A stretch of DNA of 63,263 nucleotides, the filler included, from Octopus bimaculoides (Eukaryota): the NCBI RefSeq assembly GCF_001194135.2. It is 5 parts of 5 records of this genome, joined end to end, with 100 filler letters (N's around TTAATTAATTAA, not from the genome) between each part and the next. Parts side by side here need not be neighbours in the genome. Positions count along the whole stretch, not along the records: positions 1 to 26,649 come from NC_068996.1; 4 more parts are not named here. The stretch is one strand, 5' to 3'. The number at the start of each line of letters is the position of its first letter. Within the stretch, counting starts at the first letter, position 1. The notes under the pieces are model-generated. The model ran no database searches. It worked only from the letters and a program-made list of their open reading frames with translations, and was not told where the DNA came from. Of the stretch, positions 1 to 12,445 are shown in pieces. Position numbers and translations under genes: made by a program.

Positions 1-36
<36 letters not shown>

Positions 37-757
37 GCATATATGTGTACAGGACGTCACCAGCTGTGTAAACAACATGAAGTACAAAAATAAAAACGAG
101 TTAAATGTGTAAAGAACAAGAGGAAAAATGGCAAACAGGACATGTACCACAAAGAACAACTCTTCTTCAGTTGTCGGCTGCCTATACGTGTTTGTGTGTG
201 TGTGTGTGTGTATTCAACAAGTTACTACATAGTTTCCTCTTTCAAATTCCAAAAGTGTTCCACTGGCTAGAACACTTTGATCACAAGTTTACTCACTTAG
301 GGGTTACATATAACAGCAACAACAATAACAGTAGTAACACCAATAACCACAACAACCAAGACTAAGTCGAGTAAAGACCCCAAGAAAACATATGCAGCAT
401 CCAATCTCAATTTTCTTTCACCTATATCTCTTGGGTTATGTAGTCTGGGCAAAGGAAAAAAAAATCAATATATGTGTCTCGGAAGTTTGGTAACGTTGGC
501 ACATATTTTTATTCCTTTGGCTAAAACAATCACCTTCCACTCTCGTTCTTTTGGGTTTTTATCTTTACTACTTTTCTATATTTTTCTTTTTTTTTAATTT
601 TATTGGGCCCACTCATTTTTGTTGTATTTATTCTTGTTTAATTTCGATTACAACTGGACCGATTCCAGTTGGCTGATGACCCTTTTGTAAACATTTTACT
701 CCAAATCTGTCTCTCTAACTATCTATCTATCTATCTATCTATCTACCTATCTATTTA

Positions 758-808
<51 letters not shown>

Positions 809-833
809 CAATCTATCTATCTATCTATCTATA

Positions 834-866
<33 letters not shown>

Positions 867-1585
867 CTCTCTATCTATCTATCTTTATATATCTTTCTTT
901 TATATATGTGTGTGTGTATGTGTGCGTGTGCTCGTGTCTGTCTGTTTGACCCAATTCACTTCTGCACCTGCTTCTTCTCCCATTTGGTCCCCACTCTTTC
1001 TCTCTCACTACGTTTTTACCTGACCCTTGCTCTTTGTTGCCCTCTCTCTGTTTGTCATTGATATACATACATATATATGTATGTATATACATATATGTGC
1101 ATGCACACACACACACACACACATCTACATACATGTGTGTGTGTGTGTGTGTGTCATGTGTGTATAATTTGATGATGTTTGTTTCCGCATAGCATCATTG
1201 AATTTTGAATTTCCTGCCAAAGCTGACTGCGTCTTTCGTTCTTCCTGGTCAATAGAAATAAAGTATCAGTTAAGTACTGGGAATTGATTTAATGTTCTTA
1301 TAAAGCCTCCTTACTCACACAAGCTGCAACCTCACTTGTGTAGACGTCATGGAAAACAACACCCAGTATGTACTGTAAAGTGGTTGTCATTTGGAAGGGT
1401 ATCCAACTATTGAAAGCATGCCAGAGCAGACACTGGAGCTCATTGCAGTGCTCCAATTTATCAGATACTGTAGAATGTTCTAACCAGTGTCAGTATAGAA
1501 GACAAACATTAAATGATCATTATGACGATGTTGATAATATAAAAACATACACACACAGACATATGCATATACATGTATATGTATA

Positions 1586-1631
<46 letters not shown>

Positions 1632-2327
1632 NNNNNNNNNNNNNNNNNNNNNNNNNNNNNNNNNNNNNNNNNNNNNNNNNNNNNNNNNNNNNNNNNNNNN
1701 NNNNNNNNNNNNNNNNNNNNNNNNNNNNNNNNNNNNNNNNNNNNNNNNNNNNNNNNNNNNNNNNNNNNNNNNNNNNNNNNNNNNNNNNNNNNNNNNNNNN
1801 NNNNNNNNNNNNNNNNNNNNNNNNNNNNNNNNNNNNNNNNNNNNNNNNNNNNNNNNNNNNNNNNNNNNNNNNNNNNNNNNNNNNNNNNNNNNNNNNNNNN
1901 NNNNNNNNNNNNNNNNNNNNNNNNNNNNNNNNNNNNNNNNNNNNNNNNNNNNNNNNNNNNNNNNNNNNNNNNNNNNNNNNNNNNNNNNNNNNNNNNNNNN
2001 NNNNNNNNNNNNNNNNNNNNNNNNNNNNNNNNNNNNNNNNNNNNNNNNNNNNNNNNNNNNNNNNNNNNNNNNNNNNNNNNNNNNNNNNNNNNNNNNNNNN
2101 NNNNNNNNNNNNNNNNNNNNNNNNNNNNNNNNNNNNNNNNNNNNNNNNNNNNNNNNNNNNNNNNNNNNNNNNNNNNNNNNNNNNNNNNNNNNNNNNNNNN
2201 NNNNNNNNNNNNNNNNNNNNNNNNNNNNNNNNNNNNNNNNNNNNNNNNNNNNNNNNNNNNNNNNNNNNNNNNNNNNNNNNNNNNNNNNNNNNNNNNNNNN
2301 NNNNNNNNNNNNNNNNNNNNNNNNNNN

Positions 2328-2373
<46 letters not shown>

Positions 2374-2446
2374 ATTATATATATATGTATGTGTGTGTAT
2401 GAACATTGAATAAAGGAAAGAGACGTCTTCAATATATATTGTAGAG

Positions 2447-2663
2447 TAAGGTGACAAGCTGGCAGAATTATTAGCCCATCAGACAAAATGCTTAGCAGCA
2501 TGTCACCTGTCTTCGTGTTCTGAGCTCATAAATTCTGCCAAGGTCGATTTTGCCTTTCGTCACTTTTTGGTTCAATAAAATAAGTACCAGTTGAGCAGTA
2601 GGGTCAATGTACTCAACTTACCCACTTCCTGAAACTGCTGGCCTTGTGCCAAAATTTTAAATC
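2447..2663 (+). mobile_element. tRNA-derived SINE, family C, near full length
   Basis: Head aaggtgacaagctggcagaa, B-box-like gttctgagctcataaattctgcc, core aataaaataagtaccagttg and end ggccttgtgccaaaatt; the same blocks recur at 15702-15914, ~1200-1290 and ~9830-9905. Confidence 0.7.
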
Positions 2664-2817
2664 ATTATATATTGAAGAGTATATGGTTTATAACCTACAA
2701 CATGTAGAGTATATCAGCAAACACAAAATGTAAATTAATGTACAAACACAAACAGGAGATCACACCCACAATAGTGAATATAAGTATTATTACACCACCA
2801 AAACTGAGGTATAAGAG

Positions 2818-2862
2818 TTCTCACCTGATGATCACAGAGGAATGAAACTTAAGTCATAAGAT
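2818..2862 (+). ncRNA. Degenerate minimal hammerhead ribozyme motif (PLE-type)
   Basis: CTGATGA (2825-2831), short stem II, GAAAC (2844-2848), palindromic ttaa, GTC; stems I and II are only partly complementary. Confidence 0.45.
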
Positions 2863-2917
2863 AAAAATTGTTTCAATCTACCATGCATGTATATCTGTGG
2901 GTCTATCTATCTATCTA

Positions 2918-2952
<35 letters not shown>

Positions 2953-3524
2953 GCATGTCTGGCTGTCTATCTATCTATTTATCTGTCTTTCTGTCTATCT
3001 GCCTGTTTGTCTATCTATAAGATCTTTAATATACGCTGAAATTATCATGTAGCTATTGTTCTAGTACAAATAACATCATCACCTGTAAACAACACCAAGA
3101 GCCCACCCCAGTTATAACAGTCAAGACCCTGGATCTTGACCACTTGACTAGACATGCATGATAAACTCCCCTGTAGACGTGGAAGAAGTTACAGCAATAC
3201 TACAAAATAACCTCGCTAAAAAGAAGAATAGCATCAGTTTATGCGAAGGCAACTTCAAAAGATACTATGCAAACCACTAATCTTCTTTCCAGCACATAGA
3301 CAAAAGTATAGCCATGAAGTTGGCTTACCAAGTATGGGGTTTGAAGATTACCTCCATGCCACATACATACAAGCAGAAAATTGTAGAAAAATCCATGCCA
3401 TATGCTATTGGATCTAAGAAATATAACTTATGCATAGCTGAAAGATTACATATATATATAAAATTAACAGAATGAGATGAAAATCCAAGGCTGTAAAAGA
3501 TTTCAGAGCATTTATAAATAGAAG

Positions 3525-3572
3525 GTCTTACAGCTGTTTCCAGGATATTTATTATATCCCTTCATCAGAGAT
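3525..3572 (-). ncRNA. Minimal type-I hammerhead ribozyme
   Basis: Minus strand reads atct CTGATGA agggatataataaatatcctg GAAAC agct GTA agac; core intact, stem I 3 bp. Confidence 0.7.
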
Positions 3573-3804
3573 GGTGTGAGAAAATGGTTAAGCAATAGTT
3601 AATTTAGATAAGATATGAAATAGAGAATGAAGTGGAGGAATGAAAACAGATGTGAGATATGCAGGAATCTGCAGTACCATTCTGCTTAAATAATGAACTA
3701 CAGATACAATATCCCTGCATATCTCACGTCTGTTTTCATTCTTCCACTTCACTCTCTATTTCATATCTTCTAGAATAACTATTGCTTAACCATTTTGTCA
3801 CACC

Positions 3805-3852
3805 GTCTCTGATGAAGGGATATATAAAATATCCTGGAAACAGCTGTAAGAC
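3805..3852 (+). ncRNA. Minimal type-I hammerhead ribozyme
   Basis: gtct CTGATGA a gggatat ataaa atatcct g GAAAC agct GTA agac: stem I gtct/agac, 7-bp stem II, palindromic loop III, GUA cleavage triplet. Confidence 0.8.
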
Positions 3853-5240
3853 CTTCTCTTTATAAATATTCTGAGATCTTTCACCACCTTGGATTTTTAT
3901 CTCATTCTGTTAATTTTTGTTATATATACACATACTGATATATGACCTAAGTTGGACTCCTCATTCGCATAATCACCGAACCTGGAGCTTAACAATAGTC
4001 TGTCCATAGCACTTATTCAGCATTGCTTGGCACCTTTGGGTCTTCTTGACGCCAAGTTTTAACTTTATATTTCTGATGCGCACTCTATCTATCTTTGTAT
4101 CTTTCTCCTCCTCTTGTTCTTCCTTCTGTTGTTCTTTGCCTCTCCCCTCCACTACTATATCTCTCTCTCACTCTTCCTCCCTGTCTCTCGTTGCTCACCC
4201 ATGTTCAACTTCCTCTCCTTTTTTCTCTCTCTACCACTCTTTCTCCTTATCCCTCATTGATCACATGTGACCAGCGGCTACTGCATTCTTTCCTCTCTTG
4301 GCCACTGCCAAGCAAGCACGAACTTTCTTCTCTCTTCCCCTCAAGTTTGTCAAATCATAGCATTCAGTATATTTTTTTTTTTTTTTTTTTTTTTTTAAAG
4401 TTTCAGCTTAGAGCTGCGGCCATATATATTTTTTTCTTGTCTGGCCTAACAGCCCTCCATGTTTGTTTTCACAGTTTTCTGTTTGCCACTTAATTCCTCC
4501 GCATTACAAATTTCATTTAATTTGCTTTTGCGGGAAGAGCTATTCTAACAATGCGTCCTGCCCTAACTCTTCAAAACACTTAGTTTAGAATAGGGGCAGC
4601 TGATGAAGGAAATGTTCTTTATGTGGCCTGTCTGTTTTCCTGTGTGTTCCTACCATTGTCCGAAAAAAAGTGTTTTCTGTGCTTTGTTTATGTTCTGTTT
4701 TTCATTTTGTCCATGTTTTTTTGTGATATCCTGTACCCAAATATGCATCTATATTTACATGTAGATGTAGGTATGTACATACATGTACGTAAATATGCAT
4801 ATACTCACCTATTATGAATTCCAGATGAGAAATTCTCAACAAATGCAAACATATGTACATCACCCTCTCCAAATTAAAGAGCTTTATCATAGTCTTTTGA
4901 TCCTTCTTTCTTCATTCATTCTGCCACAACTAGCTTTATTATGACTTTACAGTCAAAGGCAGATGTAACTCAATTTTTTCTTTTTCTCTTCTATCATTTC
5001 TTTTTCCATTTTTTCCACCCTTCCACTTTTTGTATTCATCTTTTTCTCATTTTTTTCCCCCATGGTTTCTCTTGTTCTAGCATCCTGATTCATAAGTTGT
5101 AAAGGCCATGTGCTCAGAGACACAAAGCATGTTATTAAAACTTGTCTAGATTACATCACCAATACATGAAATTATTAGCAGCTCATAACTGCACATTGTG
5201 TACATTAAATAATATATATGCATATACATACATATGTGTA

Positions 5241-5272
<32 letters not shown>

Positions 5273-5273
<1 letters not shown>

Positions 5274-5481
5274 CATCATCATCATCGTTTAATGTCCGCT
5301 TTCCATGCTAGTATGGGTTGGACGATTTGACTGAGGACTGGTGAAACCAGATGGCTACACCAGGCTCCAATCTGATTTGGCAGAGTTTCTACAGCTGGAT
5401 GCCCTTCCTAACACCAACCACTCCAAGAGTGTAGTGGGTGCTCTTACGTATCACCCGCACGAAGGCCAGTCAGGCGGTACT

Positions 5482-5485
<4 letters not shown>
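5273..5485 (-). mobile_element. 5'-truncated RTE LINE (3' UTR plus (GAT)n tail)
   Basis: Near-identical to the 3' end of the RTE copy at 21830-22015; (CAT)n at the left end. Confidence 0.85.
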
Positions 5486-5516
<31 letters not shown>

Positions 5517-5519
5517 TGT

Positions 5520-5890
5520 TTTACTTGTTTCAGTCACTTGATTGCAGCCATGCTGGAGCATGACTTTAGTCAAACAAATCAACCCCATGACTTATTCTCT
5601 GTAAGCCTATTACTTATCCTATCAATGTCATTTGCCAAACCACTAAGCTAGGGGGACATAAACACACCAGCATCGGTTGTCAAGCAATGGTCGGGAGACA
5701 AACACACACACACACACACACATATGATGAGCTTCTTTCAGTTTCCATCTACCAAATCCACTCACAAGGCTTTGGTCATCCCAAGGCTATAGTAGAAGAC
5801 ACTTACCCAAGGTGCCACACGGTGGGACTGAACTCAAAACCATGTGGCTGGTAAGCAAGCTTCTTACCACACAGTGACTACTGTGCCTAT
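5520..5890 (-). mobile_element. tRNA-derived SINE, family A, bipartite full length
   Basis: Reverse complement of the 31027-31436 copy: tRNA-like head, ccaaagccttgtgagtggatttggtag core, (TG)n linker, 3' domain ending ctgaaacaagtaaaa. Confidence 0.8.
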
Positions 5891-5901
5891 ATATATATAT
5901 A

Positions 5902-6049
5902 TTAGGAAGGGCATCCAGCTGTAGAAACTCTGCCAAATCAGATTGGAGCCTGGTGTAGCCATCTGGTTCACCAGTCTTCAGTCAAATCATCCAACCCATG
6001 CTAGCATGGAAAGCGGACGTTAAACGATGATGATGCTGATGATGATGAT
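5902..6049 (+). mobile_element. 5'-truncated RTE LINE (3' UTR plus (GAT)n tail)
   Basis: aggaagggcatccagctgtagaaactctgcc...gcggacgttaaacgatgatg matches 21870-22015. Confidence 0.85.
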
Positions 6050-6432
6050 ANNNNNNNNNNNNNNNNNNNNNNNNNNNNNNNNNNNNNNNNNNNNNNNNNN
6101 NNNNNNNNNNNNNNNNNNNNNNNNNNAAACCCATTTACTTCAAAAGCATGTAATTGCTAATGACAGAAAGAATGTCTGGCTGTAAAATACTGCTTAGAAT
6201 AACTCTCTCCATCCAAATCCATGTTAATTTGGAGGAGAGAAAACAGATGTTGAATGAAAGAATTAAAGAATGAAAAGCAAACATGTGGTTGAGAAGCTTG
6301 TTTGGCAAGCACCTGGTTTCAGGTTCACTCCTGCTGCTTGGCATCTTGGACAAGTCTTGTATCAGAGTCCTGGGCCGACAAATACCTTTTGTGTGAATTT
6401 GATGGCCAGAACATATATATGAAGCCTATCAT

Positions 6433-6468
<36 letters not shown>

Positions 6469-7029
6469 GTGTGTGCGTACGTATGTGCGCGCATTCATGT
6501 GTGTGTACATTTAACTTTTTATTATCTAACTGTATGAGCATTTGTACAAACACACACAAATATGTAAATATATATGTGTGTGTATAAGTGTTTGTGTCTG
6601 TGTGTCTGTGTATGCATGTGTATGTGTGTGCATGTACAAATGTACATACACATGTCATGCAAAAAGTTGCAAGTAATCTGACATGGTGGGTGACATAGTT
6701 GACATCCATGTTTAATGTGAGTTATTGTAATCAGTTTCAAAATGTCAAATAAAATAAGAAAGCTGAGTCCATGATGTAACTCTATGCGCAATGGAAGTCA
6801 CAGACTTTCAAATGGCTATTGTTTTTATTTTCAACAAGTATAACAGGTTTCATAGCACTTGAAAATCTTTTGAAAGAAAGGGAGAGAAGATATTTTTATT
6901 TATTTAACATATATATATATATTTATTTTTGCAATCAATCATTTGGAACATAAATTTTAACATGACTTGTGTATGAATTTGCAGATAATAATGTTTTACT
7001 AATTAGTCAAACAGAGAGGGAAATGACAG

Positions 7030-7125
<96 letters not shown>

Positions 7126-7141
7126 TTTCCACATTCTGATG

Positions 7142-7457
7142 GCACTTAACTATCAATAACTCACTGTACCTAGTATAATTCATTGTACTGTGTTTATGAC
7201 CAACGCACTTAACTGTCCACAGTCCAGTCTACCTAGCTGTAAGTAGGTACCGCAAAGTGGTATATTTCACTGTACTGTGTCCATGACCGATACACTTAAC
7301 TGTCAACAGTCCAGTCTACCTAGTTGTAAGTAGGTACCACAGTGTGGTATAATAGTCCACTGTACTCTGTCCACAACTAAGACAAATAACTGACAACACT
7401 CCAACCTACCTGACTTTTAAGTAGGTGCTACTGTGAGATATAGTTCAACGTACTTTG
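7142..7457. repeat. 87-bp tandem repeat, about 3.5 units
   Basis: Units start at 7173, 7260 and 7347; shared cacttaactgtc-acagtccagtctacctag-tgtaagtaggtac. Confidence 0.85.
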
Positions 7458-8477
7458 ATAGTCTTGTCTGTGATAAATTGCACCTAGTTCATGCTGTAAA
7501 ATATGAACTGGTAGCATGACGTAACACCAGAAGAAAAAAGAAAGGAGACTAATAAAGGGAGATGATGTATGGTAGAAGTTGACTCCTGAGTCTTGTTAGA
7601 GAAAAACTCTTCTCCAACACTAGTGGTGTAATAAAATGCATCCAGCACACACACTTTTACCTGATTGCTAATAGGAAGGCATCCAGCTGTAAAAATCATG
7701 CCAAAAAAAAAAACACCTTACATGTCTGTTTCTGCACACATATGCATGCATGTGTACACCTCATGGTGAAGAACCATGATAAAGTAATGAAAAATGGATA
7801 CAAAGATAATTATGATGATAACAATGATGACAATCATAGCGGTGATGGTGATGGCCAATGATGAACCTGCTGATGAAGACTTTCTTATGTTATATAAAAT
7901 CATGCGTAAATATTGTTCAAGTAGTCAACATGCAGAAAGCAAAGAGGACCAAGTATATAAATAACATAATTAATATTCACATCTTCCTCTGCATACACTG
8001 TTGTGGTTCTTATTACATTTAACTTGATCTCCTCAGGTAAAAATCACTAGTCATATCCTGGTATACCAGAACCAGTTGTTGTGTTTAACTTTATATATGT
8101 CCATCTGATAGAATGGATAAAATTCCAGCCATGACTGTCGTATCTTTTTACAAAGGCACAGGAAAACTGAGAGCACATTTTTCAACATGTCACTTTTTTA
8201 AGATAGTAGGGAGATTTGGCAGCAATTTCTAGAACGTTCAGGAATCTTGTAGACGGTCTATCATTGGTTCATGCTTAGTACCTGCAATTTACTATGGTTG
8301 ATACAAATGACTACAACCAGTCCCTTCACTTCAAATCAGAATGTCAAATGATATGTCTTGCAATGTTTAGTTCTATTCCTCTACATTATGATTTCAGATC
8401 CTTTCAGAGTTAAGTTTTCATTTCCTCCCTCTAGAGTTAATAAAATAAGTACCAGTTATGTAACCAGCACTCCAATG

Positions 8478-8788
8478 GTTACAACGATGAGTGTTCCAGT
8501 TGATCCAATCAATGGAACAGCCTGCTTGTGAAATTAATGTGCAAGTGGCCGAGTACTCCTCAGACATGTATGCCCTTAACATTGTTCTCTAGGAGATTCA
8601 GTGTGATACAGAATGTGACAAGGCTGGTCGTTTGAAATACAGGTACTACTCATTTTTGTCAGTTCAGTAGACTGGAACAATGTGAAATAAAATGTTTTGC
8701 TCAAGGGTACAATGTGCTGCCAGGAATTGAATTCACAACTTTATGATTGTGAGCCAAATACTCTGACCACTAAGCCACACACTTTCAC
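8478..8788 (-). mobile_element. tRNA-derived SINE, family B
   Basis: Minus strand has A box gtgtggcttagtggtcagag, B box gagttgtgaattcaattcc and core cttgagcaaaacattttatttcacattgttccagtctac, shared with the family D head. Confidence 0.75.
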
Positions 8789-9099
8789 CAGTTATATACT
8801 GAAAACCTTTCTCAAACAACTTTCTCAGACAATTTTCTCAAACAACTTTCTCAAACAAATTATTGTGAGTGCTTATCCTACTCTAAAGCAAATCCCATTT
8901 TTGTTTAATTAATTGATGCCTCCAAGATCTTGCTCTAATAGCTTCTTCAAGACAATAGACGGCATATCACTAATTAGCGAGGTTCCAAAGATCCAGTGTC
9001 CTGTTACAAGAAGGTTGGTAACAGGAAAAAGAATTTGAACTTGAATGTAAAGAATTGGAACACATACCACAAGACATAATTATAATTATTATAAGATAT

Positions 9100-9250
9100 T
9101 GGTGCAGTTGTGACTGTGTAATTATGAAGTTCAGTTTGGAATCCTCTGGTTCTGAGTTCAATCCCACTGTGTGGCACCATGTGCAAATGTTTTCTACAGT
9201 AGTCATGAACTGACCAATCCTTGTGAGTGGACACTGAAAAGAAGCCACTC
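9100..9250 (+). mobile_element. SINE family A head, degenerate
   Basis: ggttctgagttcaatcccactgtgtggcacc...ccttgtgagtgga...gaaaagaagcc. Confidence 0.6.
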
Positions 9251-9317
9251 ATACATAGATAGACAGATAAACACACACATATACATATATAAGTATATTT
9301 ATCTATGTGTGTGTGTG

Positions 9318-9350
<33 letters not shown>

Positions 9351-10595
9351 NNNNNNNNNNNNNNNNNNNNNNNNNNNNNNNNNNNNNNNNNNNNNNNNNN
9401 NNNNNNNNNNNNNNNNNNNNNNNNNNNNNNNNNNNNNNNNNNNNNNNNNNNNNNNNNNNNNNNNNNNNNNNNNNNNNNNNNNNNNNNNNNNNNNNNNNNN
9501 NNNNNNNNNNNNNNNNNNNNNNNNNNNNNNNNNNNNNNNNNNNNNNNNNNNNNNNNNNNNNNNNNNNNNNNNNNNNNNNNNNNNNNNNNNNNNNNNNNNN
9601 NNNNNNNNNNNNNNNNNNNNNNNNNNNNNNNNNNNNNNNNNNNNNNNNNNNNNNNNNNNNNNNNNTATATATATATATATATATATATATATGAATACAG
9701 ATATACGTACACATATATTTGTTGGGTTTCTTTGGGGTTGGTCAAACTGATGTAGACACCTCCGATGAGAATGGAATATGGTTCAAAAGACAGTTAAGGC
9801 AATTCATCATTTTTTCCAATCTATAAAGAAATAGTTAATTTGGCCCTGTAATCAACTAGCATCCTCTCCTCCAAAATTTCAGGCCTTGTGCCTATAGAAG
9901 AAAGGATTATTTTAAGATTGATATAAATAAACAATAATAATAAAGAAGAAATATTGCCATTATTAATAGAATTAATAAGGTAATAATAAGATGGTTAGCA
10001 AGTTCACACCGTTACAAGCACAATATAAAGTAAATTTAGATTCAGTAGGGTATATAATACCACTTGCTCAAATCAGAGCCAATGCTCCAAAAACCACCAT
10101 AAACTCATGATAAAGATACACACAAGCAATGCAATGAACATATGAGAAATAGACTTACCTTTATGTTGAATACATCAGTAAGCAATGTATATTTCAATAT
10201 CAATTGATTTCATGCTTTGCATGACAAACATACTCTGCAATCTTCAGTTGAAAATAACATTTTAATATCTATTTCTAAAATATTCACTGCATTAGCTCAT
10301 GTGCATTCTTTAGTTTAAATGTCCCGCTGTGTTTAAAAGAAAACTATTGTGAGCAAAAAAATTTGAATCTATAAATAAATAAATAATATATAATAGTATT
10401 ATGCTAGAGTTGACTTCAAGATGGTGAACTAGCAGTGTCTTTAGAGCTTCAGGGAGAATCATTTGAGGTACTTGTGGAGGTATGTGGCTTAGTGGGTAGG
10501 GTGTTAGACTTGAGGCATTTGTTCCAAGTTAAAATTGAGCCAAAGTCAAATTTGTAAGGGTATAGACAAACTATGCCAGTTGTCAAGAGGTATAA

Positions 10596-10634
<39 letters not shown>

Positions 10635-10647
10635 CATACGTATATAT

Positions 10648-10698
<51 letters not shown>

Positions 10699-11000
10699 CA
10701 TACACACATGTATTCTCAACCTTCCACCTTTTATATCTACTTCTTTCTTACCTTTTCTCTCATCCTATCATCACATTTTTTAGTTTGTTATGCAATGCAG
10801 GCAGTGACTGATGATTGAGCTAGGACACCAGATGTGTTAATAAACACTGTTTTGACATGTTCTTAGCACATGAAACTAATAGTAGCATATAAAATCGTAT
10901 ATTGTGTTTATTAAATAGTATTTATCTTTCACCATTTGGAGTACTTTTTTTGATCTCACCATCATGGAACAGTACACTATACATACATACATACACACAC

Positions 11001-11033
<33 letters not shown>

Positions 11034-11053
11034 CATACACACACACACACACA

Positions 11054-11124
<71 letters not shown>

Positions 11125-11247
11125 TTAAATATAATTACAGGATGTGTTAACCGCGTAAAGGGATGGTTACATCCAAGGAAATACTGATACTATACCTTGT
11201 ATTGTTGGGGAATGAAATTCCCTTAAAACAATAAGTATATATTAAGC

Positions 11248-11395
11248 ATATAGTTTATATCAAGGTAAATGAAGAAAAGAAAATTGAGAGTAGGAAGTTA
11301 ATAGTTATTTATTATTAGCATAATAATATTATTAACATAATAATTATCAACTTCCTACTCTCCATTTTCTTCTCTTTATTTAAATGGATATAAAC

Positions 11396-11400
<5 letters not shown>
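11248..11400. repeat. AT-rich inverted repeat, ~60-bp arms
   Basis: atatagtttatatc...gagagtaggaagttaatagttatt versus aataattatcaacttcctactctc...gatataaactatat. Confidence 0.75.
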
Positions 11401-11427
<27 letters not shown>

Positions 11428-11469
11428 TAATATGCGTATTAATAAAAAATAATATGTATGTGCATGTAT

Positions 11470-11642
11470 TTATACATACACACGACAGGCTTCCACATAA
11501 TTTCTGTCTGCCAAATCCACTTACAAATCTTTGTTCAGCCTGGGGCTATAGAAGAGGGCACTTGCCAAAGGTGGCAGTGGGATTGAACCAGAAATCATGT
11601 GGTTCTAAAGTGAACTTCTTAACCAGACAGTCATGTCTGCAT
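11470..11642 (-). mobile_element. SINE family A head, degenerate
   Basis: ccaaatccacttacaaatctttg...ggctatagaagagggcacttgccaaagg...gattgaaccagaaatcatgtgg. Confidence 0.6.
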
Positions 11643-12329
11643 CTGAATGAATTCAATGACCATTTTGTAGCAAAAATGTTCTTAGAAAGTTTACCAGTTT
11701 TATATAGAGAAAAATAAAACCATCATAGTTTATTAATCCATTTCCATCCCCACACCTGGACCAAAGACTAAACTCCGCCATACACACACTGCACCACAAT
11801 TAAGACTAAGCCCTCACCCTCCCTCCTCCCCGGATGTACTCAACAACTTCTCTTCCTCATTGTAAGCTAATTTATTCTGTTTTGTGAGCTTTCTGAATTT
11901 AACATTTGTCATTACTAGTTTCCTGAGATTCAACAGTTTTCAGTTAAAATATATTCATTGCTGATATCAAAATAATATCATGATATCACTCCCAAATAAC
12001 AAAATCTACAAGAGCAACAACAACAAAAAAATAGGAAAATAGTAAGATAAAATATATGCTGAAATAGAGAAATGTTATTTTACTTAATTACGTGAGGAGG
12101 GAATATGTTAATTTTTTTGTGAATATTGATGCATATGATATCATTTGATATTTCCAGATATACACATAGCTGAAGATATTGTTAAATACAGATGTGATAG
12201 CGACTGATATTGCCTTACATATGCAAGATAGCAGATGATATTGCAATACTGCCATATGTATATACAAGATGATAGTAGATGATGTTGCCAGATATGCATA
12301 AGTTAGCAGTTGCTCTTGCCATATACACC

Positions 12330-12445
12330 AGCGTTGTCGTCATCGTCGTCGTCATCATCATCATCATCATCATCATCATTATCATCATCATCATCGTTTT
12401 AACATCCACTTTCTGGTGCTTGCATGGGCCAGGCAGAATATACTG
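12330..12445 (-). mobile_element. RTE-type 3' tail with long (GAT)n
   Basis: (CAT)n followed by cgttttaacatccactttctggtgcttgcatggg. Confidence 0.6.

Larger units (their letters stand above)
3460..3918. mobile_element. PLE-derived foldback element: ~205-bp inverted arms, 48-bp spacer, one HHR per arm
   Basis: 3460-3665 is the approximate reverse complement of 3714-3918; each arm carries CTGATGA...GAAACagctGTA. Confidence 0.85.

Noticed and set aside
235-295. 9-bp hairpin aaagtgttc/gaacacttt flanked by HHR-like remnants (minus strand)
   Set aside because: The core boxes are not recognisable (GTGATCA, TGGAA).
1368-2501. Long ORFs of 150-395 aa running through N gaps or (AT)n/(CA)n tracts (also at about 9.0-9.7, 17, 22.6, 27, 30, 43 and 53.5 kb)
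   Set aside because: They consist of X runs and [12 protein letters not shown] repeats, which are translation artefacts.
4803-4890. Minus-strand donor (actcacc) with a short ORF
   Set aside because: No convincing acceptor, and upstream in-frame stops.
7142-7457. CRISPR-like array
   Set aside because: Whole units are similar with no unique spacers, the context is eukaryotic, and there are no cas genes.
8806-8860. 14-bp x4 repeat (actttctcaaacaa)
   Set aside because: An ordinary slippage minisatellite with no further structure.
9755-9800. HHR-like CCGATGA...AAAAgacagTTA
   Set aside because: Both core boxes are mutated and stem II is weak; it is probably a fossil but cannot be supported from this copy.
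10150-10280. Minus-strand donor (acttacc) as a downstream exon of the 16.8-kb gene
   Set aside because: All three frames contain stops for the acceptors I tried; it could only be non-coding.
12150-12310. Loose gatattg/gatagcag periodicity
   Set aside because: Unit length is inconsistent and identity is low; it may be a decayed microsatellite.
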